Below are positions 23,195 through 35,064 of a stretch of DNA of 64,000 nucleotides, piece after piece. The DNA is taken from NCBI GenBank assembly GCA_964016885.1, contig OZ024746.1, positions 5,022,001-5,086,000 on the forward strand. Reading direction: 5' to 3'. The stretch is from Eledone cirrhosa. Its lineage: Eukaryota. The notes beneath the pieces were generated by a model. The model worked only from the letters and a program-made list of their open reading frames with translations, had not been told where the DNA came from and ran no database searches. The position numbers and the translations under genes are program-made. The number at the start of each line of letters is the position of its first letter. Position 1 is the first letter of the stretch.

Positions 23195-26100
23195 GTGTAG
23201 TTACTGCTGTAGTTGCTGCTGTAGTTACTGCTACAGTTGCTGCTGTAGTTACTGTAGTTACTGCTGTAGTTACTGCTGTAGTTGCTGCTGTAGTTACTGC
23301 TATAGTTGCTGTTGTAGTTACTGCTGTAGTTACTGTAGTTACTGCTGCAGTTGGTGCTGTAGTTACTGCTGTAGTTGCTGCTGTAGTTGCTGCTGTAGTT
23401 GTTGCTGTAGTTGCTGCTCTAGTTGCTGCTGTAGTTGCTGCTGTAGTTGCTGCTGTAGTTGCTGCTGTAGTTACTGCTATAGTTGCTGTAGTTACTGCTC
23501 TAGTTGCTGCTCTAGTTGCTGCTGTAGTTGCTGCTGTAGTTGCTGCTGTAGTTGCTGCTGTAGTTGCTGCTGTAGTTGCTGCTGTAGTTGCTGCTGTAGT
23601 TACTGCTGTAGTTACTGTAGTTACTGCTGTAGTTGCTGCTCTAGTTACTGCTGTAGTTGCTGCTGTAGTTGCTGCTGTAGTTGCTGCTCTAGTTGCTGCT
23701 GTAGTTACTGCTGTAGTTACTGTAGTTACTGCTGTAGTTGCTGCTGTAGTTGCTGCTGTAGTTGCTGCTGTAGTTGCTGCTGTAGTTGCTGCTGTAGTTG
23801 CTGCTGTAGTTACTGCTGTAGTTACTGTAGTTACTGCTGTAGTTGCTGCTCTAGTTACTGCTGCAGTTACTGCTGTAGTTGCTGCTCTAGTTACTGCTGT
23901 AGTTGCTGCTGTAGTTGCTGCTGTAGTTGCTGCTGTAGTTGCTGCTGCAGTTACTGCTGTAGTTGCTGCTCTAGTTACTGCTGTAGTTGCTGCTGTAGTT
24001 GCTGCTGTAGTTGCTGCTGTAGTTGCTGCTGTAGTTGCTGCTGTAGTTGCTGCTCTAGTTACTGCTGTAGTTGCTGCTGTAGTTGCTGCTGTAGTTGCTG
24101 CTGTAGTTGCTGCTGTAGTTGCTGCTGTAGTTGCTGCTGTAGTTACTGTAGTTACTGCTCTAGTTGCTGCTGTAGTTACTGTAGTTACTGCTCTAGTTGC
24201 TGCTGTAGTTACTGTAGTTACTGCTCTAGTTGCTGCTGTAGTTACTGCTGTAGTTGCTGCTGTAGTTACTGCTGTAGTTACTGCTGTAGTTGCTGCTGTA
24301 GTTGCTGCTGTAGTTGCTGCTGTAGTTGCTGCTGTAGTTGCTGCTGTAGTTACTGCTGTAGTTGCTGCTGTAGTTGCTGCTGTAGTTACTGCTGTAGTTG
24401 CTGCTGTAGTTGCTGCTGTAGTTGCTGCTGTAGTTGCTGCTGTAGTTGCTGCTGTAGTTACTGCTGTAGTTGCTGCTGTAGTTGCTGCTGTAGTTGCTGC
24501 TGTAGTTACTGTAGTTACTGCTGTAGTTGCTGCTCTAGTTACTGCTGTAGTTGCTGCTGTAGTTGCTGCTGTAGTTACTGCTGTAGTTGCTGCTGTAGTT
24601 GCTGCTGTAGTTACTGCTGTAGTTACTGTAGTTACTGCTGTAGTTGCTGCTCTAGTTACTGCTGTAGTTGCTGCTGTAGTTGCTGCTGTAGTTGCTGCTC
24701 TAGTTGCTGCTGTAGTTACTGCTGTAGTTACTGTAGTTACTGCTGTAGTTGCTGCTGTAGTTGCTGCTGTAGTTGCTGCTGTAGTTGCTGCTGTAGTTGC
24801 TGCTGTAGTTGCTGCTGTAGTTACTGCTGTAGTTACTGTAGTTACTGCTGTAGTTGCTGCTCTAGTTACTGCTGCAGTTACTGCTGTAGTTGCTGCTCTA
24901 GTTACTGCTGTAGTTGCTGCTGTAGTTGCTGCTGTAGTTGCTGCTGCAGTTACTGCTGTAGTTGCTGCTCTAGTTACTGCTGTAGTTGCTGCTGTAGTTG
25001 CTGCTGTAGTTGCTGCTGTAGTTGCTGCTGTAGTTGCTGCTGTAGTTACTGCTGTAGTTACTGTAGTTACTGCTGTAGTTGCTGCTCTAGTTACTGCTGC
25101 AGTTACTGCTGTAGTTGCTGCTCTAGTTACTGCTGTAGTTGCTGCTGTAGTTGCTGCTGTAGTTGCTGCTGTAGTTGCTGCTGCAGTTACTGCTGTAGTT
25201 GCTGCTCTAGTTACTGCTGTAGTTGCTGCTGTAGTTGCTGCTGTAGTTGCTGCTGTAGTTGCTGCTGTAGTTGCTGCTGTAGTTGCTGCTCTAGTTACTG
25301 CTGTAGTTGCTGCTGTAGTTGCTGCTGTAGTTGCTGCTGTAGTTGCTGCTGTAGTTGCTGCTGTAGTTGCTGCTGTAGTTGCTGCTGTAGTTACTGTAGT
25401 TACTGCTCTAGTTGCTGCTGTAGTTACTGTAGTTACTGCTCTAGTTGCTGCTGTAGTTACTGCTGTAGTTGCTGCTGTAGTTACTGCTGTAGTTACTGCT
25501 GTAGTTGCTGCTGTAGTTGCTGCTGTAGTTGCTGCTGTAGTTGCTGCTGTAGTTGCTGCTGTAGTTGCTGCTGTAGTTGCTGCTGTAGTTGCTGCTGTAG
25601 TTACTGCTGTAGTTGCTGCTGTAGTTGCTGCTGTAGTTGCTGCTGTAGTTGCTGCTGTAGTTACTGCTGTAGTTACTGCTGTAGTTGCTGCTGTAGTTGC
25701 TGCTGTAGTTGCTGCTGTAGTTACTGCTGTAGTTGCTGCTGTAGTTGCTGCTGTAGTTGCTGCTGTAGTTACTGCTCTAGTTGCTGCTCTAGTTACTGCT
25801 GTAGTTGCTGCTGTAGTTACTGCTGTAGTTACTGCTGTAGTTGCTGCTGTAGTTGCTGCTGTAGTTGCTGCTGTAGTTGCTGCTGTAGTTACTGTAGTTA
25901 CTGCTGTAGTTGCTGCTGTAGTTACTGTAGTTACTGCTCTAGTTGCTGCTCTAGTTGCTGCTGTAGTTGCTGCTCTAGTTGCTGCTCTAGTTACTGCTGT
26001 AGTTGCTGCTCTAGTTGCTGCTCTAGTTACTGCTGTAGTTGCTGCTGTAGTTGCTGCTGTAGTTGCTGCTATAGTTGCTGCTGTAGTTGCTGCTATAGTT

Positions 26101-26430
26101 GCTGCTGTAGTTGCTGCTGTAGTTGCTGCTGTAGTTGCTGCTGTAGTTGCTGCTGTAGTTGCTGCTGTAGTTGCTGCTATAGTTGCTGCTGTAGTTGCTG
26201 CTGTAGTTGCTGCTGTAGTTGCTGCTGTAGTTGCTGCTGTAGTTGCTGCTATAGTTGCTGCTGTAGTTGCTGCTGTAGTTGCTGCTGTTGTTGCTGCTGT
26301 AGTTGCTGCTGTAGTTGCTGCTGCAGTTGCTGCTGTAGTTACTGCTGTAGTTGCTGCTGTAGTTACTGCTGTAGTTGCTGCTGCAGTTGCTGCTGTAGTT
26401 GCTGCTGTAGTTGCTGCTGCAGTTGCTGCT
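23195..26430. repeat. ~3.2-kb 12/9-bp satellite (GTAGTTGCTGCT)n with higher-order duplication
   Basis: Seen directly; variants gtagttact, ctctag, ctatag, ctgcag; source of the artefactual Cys/Ser ORF 23031..26447. Confidence 0.97.
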
Positions 26431-26542
26431 ATCTATATTATTGTTAATATTTACATTCTGTTTATTCTTAATTATTTCTTCTTTGATGTTGACTCCTTCT
26501 TTCCCTTTTCTATTTAGTGTTGTTGTTGTTGTTGTTGTTGTT

Positions 26543-26722
26543 AGGGCGGGGAAATGGCAGTATCGGTAGAGGGTAGGACGCCATGCTTTCCAGCATAGTT
26601 ACGTCCCTTTACAGTCTGAGTTCAAATCCCGCCGAGGTTAACTTTGCCTTTCATCCTTCTGGGGTCGATAAATAAAGTACCAGTAATACACTGGTCTTTT
26701 GCCAAAAGTAGAAACAACTATT
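26543..26722 (+). mobile_element. tRNA-derived SINE (same family as the 17420 cluster)
   Basis: Near-identical to 17622-17812; other copies at ~27360(-), 34230, 38950(-), 49890-50560, 53975. Confidence 0.8.
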
Positions 26723-26744
26723 ACTGTCATTGTTACTCCAACTG

Positions 26745-27090
26745 TCGTTATTGTTGTTGTTACTGTTGTTGTTGTTGTTACTGTTGTTGTTGTTATTGTT
26801 GTTATTGTTGTTGTTGTTGTTATTACTGTTGTTATTGTTGTTATTGTTGTTACTGTTGTTATTGTTGTTACTGTTGTTATTGTTGTTATTACTGTTGTTA
26901 TTGTTGTTATTACTGTTGTTGTTGTTATTACTGTTGTTATTCTTGTTATTACTGTTGTTATTGTTGTTATTACTGTTGTTATTGTTGTTGTTATTGTTGT
27001 TATTGTTGTTATTATTGTTATTATTGTTGTTATTGTTGTTGTTGTTGTTATTATTGTTGTTATTGTTGTTGTTGTTCTTGTTATTATTGC
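26745..27090. repeat. (GTT/ATT/ACT)n degenerate triplet repeat
   Basis: Seen directly. Confidence 0.95.
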
Positions 27091-27470
27091 ACCACTTATG
27101 ACGTATGTTTCCGGTAATTACCGGACTAAATCTTGTTTATCTCAACAATATTGTTTTTTTTTTATATTTGATTAAGATTATTCAGCAATTTTTTTTACTT
27201 AATTTTCTTTCTTTTTCTTTTTATTTCTTTTTTTCTCCTTTTCTTATATTTTCCCCTTTTTATTCTTTAATTGGACACTTGCTTAAGTTGATTCTCTGAT
27301 CGATATTTAAATTAGTAATTTTGAAAAAGAAAATCGATTACAAATTAATAATAATAATAATTGTTTCTACTTTTTGGCACAAGGCCAGCAATTACCCAGT
27401 ACATTACTGGTACTTTATTTTATCGACCCCGTAAGGATGAAAGGCAAAGTCAACCGCGGCAATATATATA

Positions 27471-27523
<53 letters not shown>

Positions 27524-27589
27524 GAATTTGACTGTATGTGTATATAATATAGAAACAAAGAAGCATTTGTCTTTTTATTCTCTCTCTCT

Positions 27590-28940
27590 AAGTCACTCCC
27601 TCTTTTCCTCTCTCTGTCACACCCTATCTTCCCCTCTCCCCCTCTCTCTCCCTTCTCTCTCTCTCTGTCACAACCTTTCTTCCTCTCCCCTCTCTCTCCC
27701 TTCTCTCTCTCTCTGTCACAACCTCTCTTCCCCTCTCTCTCCCTCTCTCTGTCACACCCTCTCTTCTCTCCCCCTCTCTCTCCTTTCTCTCTCTCTCTGT
27801 CACACCCTCTCTTACTCTCCCCCTCTCTCTCCCTCTCTGTCACAACCTCTCTTCCTCTCTCCCTTTCTCTCTCTCACTTCTCTGTCTCTCTCTGTCACAC
27901 CCTCTCTTCTCCTCTCCCCTCTCTCTCCCTTCTCTATCTCTCTCTGTCCACCCTCTCTTCCCCTCCCTCTCTCTCTCCCTTCTCTGTCTCTCTCTGTCAC
28001 ACCCTCTCTTCCTCTCCCCCTCTCTCTCCCTTCTCTCTCTCTCTGTCACACCCTCTCTTCCTCTCTTCATCTCTCTCCCTTCTCTCTCTCTCTGTCACAC
28101 CCTCTCTTCCTCTCCCCCTCTCTCTCCCTTCTCTGTCTCTCTCTGTCACACCCTCTCTTCCTCTCCCCCTCTCTCTCCCTTCTCTCTCTCTGTCACACCC
28201 TCTCTTCCTCTCCCCCTCTCTCTCCCTTCTCTCTCTCTGTCACACCCTCTCTTCCTCTCCCCCTCTCTCTCCCTTCTCTCTCTCTGTCACACCCTCTCTT
28301 CCTCTCCCCCTCTCTCTCCCTTCTCTCTCTCTCTGTCACACCCTCTCTTCCTCTCCCCCTCTCTCTCCCTTCTCTCTCTCTGTCACACCCTCTCTTCCTC
28401 TCCCCCTCTCTCTCCCTTCTCTCTCTCTGTCACACCCTCTCTTCCTCTCCCCCCCTCTCTCCCTTCTCTCTCTCTGTCACACCCTCTCTTCCTCTCCCCC
28501 TCTCTCTCCCTTCTCTCTCTCTGTCACACCCTCTCTTCCTCTCCCCCTCTCTCTCCCTTCTCTCTCTCTGTTACACCCTGTCTTCCTCTCCCCCTCTCTC
28601 TCCCTTCTCTCTCTCTCTGTCACACCCTCTCTTCCTCTCCCCCTCTCTCTCCCCTCTCTCTCTCTCTCTGTCACACCCTCTCTTCCTCTCCCCCCTCTCT
28701 CTCCCTTCTCTCTCTGTCTCTATCACACCCTCTCTTCCTCTCTCCCCCTCTCTCTCCCTTCTCTCTCTGTCTCTATCACACCCTCTCTTCCTCTCTCCCC
28801 CTCTCTCTCCCTTCTCTCTCTGTCTCTATCACACCCTCTCTTCCTCTCTCCCCCTCTCTCTCCCTTCTCTCTCTGTCTCTATCACACCCTCTCTTCCTCT
28901 CTCCCCCTCTATCTCCCTTCTCCCTCTGTCTCTATCACCC
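27590..28940. repeat. ~42-46-bp polypyrimidine minisatellite
   Basis: Unit ctctctctgtcacaccctctcttcctctccccctctctctcccttct, ~30 copies. Confidence 0.95.
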
Positions 28941-29024
28941 CCACTCTCAGTCATGTGTTCATGTTTACACCAGAATGTATCCTATTCTTACTCTGTCCAA
29001 GATATTCCAAGTTTCCATTCATAG

Positions 29025-29027
<3 letters not shown>

Positions 29028-29094
<67 letters not shown>

Positions 29095-29620
29095 ATAGAT
29101 TGTGTAAACTCTGCAGAATACTTGGTAACTTACGGCCGACTAAGCTGACCATTTAGTATCGAATCGAGATGGAGAACACACACACACACACTTACACATA
29201 CACACCCACTTACACACTTACACTTACACACACTTACACATACACACCCACTTACACACTTACACACACACACACGCACTTACACACACTTACACACACA
29301 CACACTTACATACTTACACTTTCACACACACACACACACTTACACACACAGACACTTACACACACATACATACACACACTTACACATACTCACACACTTA
29401 CACACTTACACTTACACACACATACACACACACACACACTTACACACTTACACTTACACACACTTACACACACTTACACACACACACACACACACACTTA
29501 CACACTTACACACACACATACACACACATACATACATACATACACTTACACACACACACTTACACACACACTTACACACACACTTACACACACACACACA
29601 CTTACACACACACACATACA
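29028..29620. repeat. (CA)n and CACTTACA-interrupted (CA)n tracts
   Basis: Seen directly. Confidence 0.9.
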
Positions 29621-30611
29621 TTGTTAAAGTTGTTTTTCGTTTTTGTTTCAATGATTTAAAGTTCTCTCCCATTATGTAATTGTTCAGTTTTAATTTTTTT
29701 CCGTCTTTATTTGTGTAATTCACCGAAAAGTATAACTTCTCCTGCACAGGAATGAATTGTATCAACCTTAATGGACCGAAACTGTAGTGATTTCTAGAGG
29801 TTGACTGAGGAGATGGGACTGTCTGTATTTCCGGCATTTTTTGTCGAACCGACATCATTTACCGAATTAGTTAAAACGAATTCCTATTGATTTGTTTTTG
29901 TTTTTATTGTAGGATGTTCAGTGAAATACCAATAGCTCACATTACTTCTAGAATGTTTAACTTCTATATAACACTGCATACATGTATTCCAAGTTATAAT
30001 AGTGATTTCATGTGAAGATCATTGAATGAGTCCAAATTCAGACCTGTCAACTCTCCCTGTCCGACAGGGTGATCTCCCACCCACTTTGGGGTGTGTGTGA
30101 GATGTCTTCTCTTGTGAAAATGAGTATAGCTTTGATAATGTAAATTCTCCCCATTTTGCCCCATTTCTCCCCGTTTTGGGGAACTTTTTTTCATGGTACT
30201 ATCCGTTTGGGTTTTTAGAGGTTGGCAGACCTCATCCAGCACCCCACATTTAACCAGCCGGCTTTGACCCCCCTCCCCAGAAAGCATTGAATGTCTTGTA
30301 CTCTCCGTCACTTCACGCTACGAAACCAGGATAAGCCCCAGCCTGGCGAGCCTCCTGGTTTAAGACATACTTTTGACTTTTGTTTTGGCTTACCTCAGTG
30401 CACTTTAATCAATTGTGTAATCAATCAGTCGCCATCACATTTTGTTAGAGAGAGTGATATGTTTGAAATCAATTTATCGAGTGTGTTATCGCAGTCCACA
30501 TAATAAACAACAAAATCAACAACAACAGGAAAGGATGCATTAGACGATGTATCCCGTGATATACGAAAAGACGGGCTGGTCACAACTAGAAGGTTTTTGA
30601 TCATAGGTTTA

Positions 30612-30824
30612 CGAAGGGGGCGCTGAAAAGTTCCTAGCTTGATCACTGCTACAGAGACCTGGCTGGAGGCCCAACCATCTGAGTTCTTTTTACAGGGCTT
30701 AGAAAAACTGAAGGACCACTGCAATAAGTGAGTGAATCTGAGAAGGGAATAAGTTGAATAAAATAATAATTAACTGATCCTCTTGTATTTTGCCTCAAAC
30801 CAGGAACTTTTCAGCGCCTCCTTG
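30612..30824. mobile_element. Tc1/mariner-type MITE
   Basis: TA-cgaagggggcgctgaaaagttcct ... aggaacttttcagcgcctccttg-TA terminal inverted repeats with TA flanks. Confidence 0.8.
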
Positions 30825-31139
30825 TACTTAATCTGGCCAGGCATGGGGATAAACGACTACGACAAGAAGAAGAAGAAGAAGAAGAAGAAGAAGAAGAAGA
30901 GCAGCAGCAGCAGTAGCAGCAGTAGCAACAGCAGCAGTATCAGCAGCAGCAGCAGCAGGAACAAAGAACATACATCATCACACCATCATAGGTTGCACGT
31001 AGACCATTACATATTGAAATAAAGCAAACCAACGAAACTATTTAATAAAGAGCTTCTTTTTGTCATCATCAACCAAAATATCTATGGAAATATTTATTGA
31101 AATATTAAAAACAACCAAAGGCTGAAAGACAGTCGCCTC

Positions 31140-31470
31140 ATATATTAACACACATTAACACACATATTAACACACATTAACACACATATTAACACACATT
31201 AACACACATATTAACACATATTAACACACATATTAACACATATTAACACACATATTAACGCAGATATTAACACACATATTAACAACATATTAACACACAT
31301 ATTAACACATATTAACACACATATTAACACACATATTAACACACATATTAACACACATATTAACACATATTAACACACATATTAACACATATTAACACAC
31401 ATATTAACACACATATTAACACACATATTAACACATATTAACACACATATTAACACACATATTAACACAC
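31140..31470. repeat. 10/12-bp minisatellite (ATTAACACACAT)n
   Basis: Seen directly. Confidence 0.95.
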
Positions 31471-31653
31471 GTTTTAAACAAATACAAACAATTCTTTTCT
31501 TAATGTGCATTTAATATTCATTTCGTTTTTCTGTCAAATACGAAAATGTCTAGGTGTGTATATATTTTATAAAATACTTCCCCGTGCCTCAACTATATGA
31601 AAAGCTTTCCTATTGTTCACGTGCATATTTTTATCTCGTATATGAATGTCATA

Positions 31654-31931
31654 TGGAGACGCTGCGTGGCTTAGTGGTAAAAGTGTTCGACTTACAATCA
31701 GAATGTCATGGGTTCGATTCCTGGACTAGGTTGTGTTCTTGGGCAAAACTCTTCAGTTCACATTGCTCCAGTATACTCAGCTGAAAATGAATACCAGCAA
31801 TAGCTGGGGATATAACCCTGTGAAGGAGTGGCGTCCTGTCCAGGGGAGAGTCATGTACTCTCAGTCGCTCCACGCCACAAAACTGGGATAAGCAACCGAC
31901 CTGAGGAACCTCCTGGTTTGAGACACACTTT
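31654..31931 (+). mobile_element. tRNA-derived SINE with CORE-like central region
   Basis: gcgtggcttagtggta (box A), gggttcgattcc (box B), tgtgttcttgggcaa.., tail ggataagc..cc.acctga..cctcctggtttgagacacacttt; partial copies at ~1520(-), 3460(-), 30300, 32120. Confidence 0.75.
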
Positions 31932-32359
31932 AGAGACTAGATAAGATTGACAGAATCACTTGAGCAAGTTCGAATGTTAGTGGATTGAGCAGTAGAATTG
32001 CAGTAGAATTGTTAGATCACGAGACAAACGCTGTTGCAATAGAAGTTCTGGCTTTTTACGTTATGGGGTCAAATACTGCTTGGATCAAAAGAATGAAAGG
32101 TAAAGTTGATTTCATCAGTCGCATCTCTTCACGAAACCAGGATAAGCACCGACCTGACTAGCCTCCTACCTCGAGACAGACTTTGAGATATGAATATTGT
32201 TTGATTCATATCTATTGTTGTTAAAATATGACAATCTGAGTCTCAATATGTAAAATTTCAGGTTAGAAGAAACCATAATATTTACTGTAGTCTGTTGTAT
32301 TTACTTACATTTATCTCTGCATTGTTAGACACACATGTGTAGTTCCTTCTGGCATACTA

Positions 32360-34075
32360 TCTATCTATCTATCTTCTCCATTCTGTACGTACTGACTCTC
32401 GAGCCACAACTGCGGAAGTTGGAGCTATTGCAGGGCATCCCTCTGGAACCGGGACTGCGGAAAGCGGCGTCGGCCTATGCCGACGACGTGACAGTAATGG
32501 TGTCGAGCGCCTCGCAAATCGAGGAAGTCGGCACATTACTGAAGGAATACGAAAGGTTCACAGGAGCGAAGCTGAACCGGGACAAGTCCATCGGTTTGCC
32601 ACTCGGATCGTGGAGAGGCAGACCGATGCCTTCCGATGGCGTCGTCGGACGCTGGACGGAAGGACCGGTAAAGCTGCTCGGGTTCTGGTTTGGTCCGGAC
32701 CTCCAGGTGGAGAAGAACTGGAACGAAGTGACGGCCAAGGTGTTTGCACTCACTCAGAAGTGGGTCGAGTGCAAACTATCCTTGAAAGGTCGAGCGGAGG
32801 TGGCGAACACTTTTATAGAGTCCGCCATCTACTACCGCTTGACCGTCGTGCTTTGTCCAGCCAAAACGCTCACCAAAATGGAGCGTGCGCTCTTCCAATT
32901 CCCTTGGAAGAGGCGGGCTCCTTTGGTGAGAAGATCCATCTGTTGCCAACACCCTTCTAACGGAGGACTGGGGATGCCGTGGTTGACGATGCGCAAACAC
33001 GCGCTCAGGCTGCGGCATCTCTACGTATTCCTCACCGGACAACCGGTGTGGGCCCCGTTCGTGAGGCGAGCCTTCCCACGACTCGTCTCGCTGACTGAGC
33101 TGCAGTCCTGGGTCAAGCAAAGACCGAGGAAAATGGGCGACTGGCACATCGAATGTGCTCAGGCGCTCACAGCCCTCTGGCAGGCGGACTCCACTTCGTC
33201 ATTCTATAGAGGGTTGATCCGCAGCAAGAGCGACGACGTGCTCGGTGAAACTCTAGGCGTAGAGGAAGATGAACTGGCCAGTCTGTTCGGTAGGACCTTC
33301 CGCCCGGGACCGATGGACAACTTCCAAAAGTCCCTGGCCTGGCAGTGCTACCGAGGAGCTTTACCAGTTCGAGACAAGCTCTACAGACATGGGCGCCTGG
33401 GCAGGGACTCTTCAAAAAAGATCTGTCCGAGGTGCGTGCGAGACGAAGAAACCGTCGCGCACGCATTCATACACTGCCCGGGCGTTACCGACCTGTGGGG
33501 CTATGTAGAACGACTATTGTCGCGGGTGGGACCAATCCGGTTGACCACCGAGTCCATTGTCATGATCAAACCGCCACCCTCCTTCAAAAACGAAGGAGAG
33601 GCGGTTTTCCTTTGTGTGATAGCTATGGCGAAAGGGGTTGCATGGTGGACAAGGTTGAAAAGGCTGAGGTCAAACACCTTTCTCTCCGGTTAACAACTGA
33701 TTCTTTTTTTCAAATACCGCTTTGGAAGAAGAATCAGGATGGAGAGAGAGGTGCTGTACCCCAGCAAGTTTTATGAAAGGTGGGTGAAAGTGGCGAGAAT
33801 GGCCCGAGTGAATGGGCCTTCTCTCTATATCAGCCTGTAGGTTGAGGAAAAAGAGGAGGAGAGAAAAGGAGTACAAACTCTTCGTACTCCTGGAGATGAG
33901 GGCTGCACATTTTTTCGAGGGTATGTGTTACCCATATGTAATGTCTGCCCCTATTGGGGAAAATCGATTAACTTTTAAATTGTATTTGTGATAGTATTTT
34001 GCACGTTTTTATTGTATGTAAACTTCCCCCTTTGTATTGTCCCCTTCTTTTGAGCCCCTGTGGCTAATAAAGAAA
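32360..34075 (+). mobile_element. Tx1/L1-clade LINE, 5'-truncated (RT C-terminus, CCHC knuckle, 3' UTR)
   Basis: ORF 32335..33693: SAYADDVTV, TGAKLNRDKS, LSLKGRAEVAN, GGLGMP, CPRC..EETVAHAFIHC; AATAAA at ~34065 followed by microsatellite; GC-rich relative to flanks. Confidence 0.9.
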
Positions 34076-34674
34076 TATATCTATATATATACAGATACGC
34101 ATATACGCACATACGTACATACATACATACATACATACATACATACATACATACAAATAATTCTGCAAAAAAAAAAAGAATTTGAAGGGATTTAGTAATC
34201 TAACTAACATTCTCATTATTAAGCCAGTATAAGGCATTGGGTTGGTCGGCAGAGCATCGGACAATATTCCTTGTGGCATAGTTACTTTACATTCTAAGTT
34301 CAAATCCTGCCGAGGTTAGCTTTGCCTTGCATCCTCACTGGGTCGATAAAATAAAGTACCAGTAACGTACTAGGGTCGATTTAATCAACTTTTCCACCCC
34401 CTTCCAATTGTTGGCCTTGTGCCTAAATCAGAAACCATTATTAAGCCAGTGTTTGAAGAGAATAACAGAGGTTCATACATAAAATTATGACGGAAAGTTT
34501 GAATATAAGTTTGAACTCTTCAAAACGGGGGTAGTTTTATATCATAGAACACGTGACAGTTTTAAGCGGGTTGGTATTGAAAGAATGTTTAAACCATCAG
34601 ATATCTAATTTCTATATATTAATACAACTTTAATGTGTATGTATGTATGTATGTATGTATGTATGTATGCATAT

Positions 34675-34766
<92 letters not shown>

Positions 34767-34896
34767 GTGAGGTTTTTTTACAAAATGAAAAATAACCGAG
34801 GTATCCTACACGAGTGAAAGTATAAAGAAAAAAAGATGAAATCGAAAATGCAGCTGGAGTCTTATTTAAAAAAAAAATATATATATTTATTTGGTC

Positions 34897-34932
34897 CTTT
34901 ACCGGTTTCGCAGTTCTTCTGCTTTTCAAAAG
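34897..34932 (-). ncRNA. Candidate minimal hammerhead ribozyme (U3-A8 variant), left arm of palindrome
   Basis: Minus strand: ctt-TTGAAAA-GCAG-aagaa-CTGC-GAAA-CCGG-TA-aag. Confidence 0.55.
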
Positions 34933-35028
34933 TAGAGTTGAGATGGAGGGTCTGCAGTTCTTCTGATTTTCAAAAGTAGAGTTGAGATGGAGGGTCTGTG
35001 GTTCCACAGACCCTCCATCTCAACTCTA

Positions 35029-35064
35029 CTTTTGAAAAGCAGAAGAACTGCGAAACCGGTAAAG
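35029..35064 (+). ncRNA. Candidate minimal hammerhead ribozyme (U3-A8 variant), right arm of palindrome
   Basis: ctt-TTGAAAA-GCAG-aagaa-CTGC-GAAA-CCGG-TA-aag; perfect stem II, palindromic CCGG loop, only 3-bp stem I. Confidence 0.55.

Noticed and set aside
23031-26447. 1138-aa Cys/Ser-rich ORF (metallothionein- or keratin-associated-like)
   Set aside because: It is the translation of a 12/9-bp satellite with a non-ATG start in a GTT repeat; several frames are open simply because the units are multiples of 3.
27474-29024. 516-aa Leu/Ser/Pro ORF and the many YI/CV/TH-repeat ORFs elsewhere
   Set aside because: These are translations of CT-, TA- and CA-rich mini/microsatellites.
29454-29858. 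Minus-strand ORF as an upstream FBH1 coding exon
   Set aside because: The exon beginning at ~21536 has an in-frame stop before the ATG, so upstream exons would be non-coding; the ORF tail is a CA repeat.
31654-31730. tRNA-like sequence (also the heads of the 17420-family elements)
   Set aside because: Box A and B are present but there is no intact cloverleaf or acceptor stem, and the sequence continues into SINE body.
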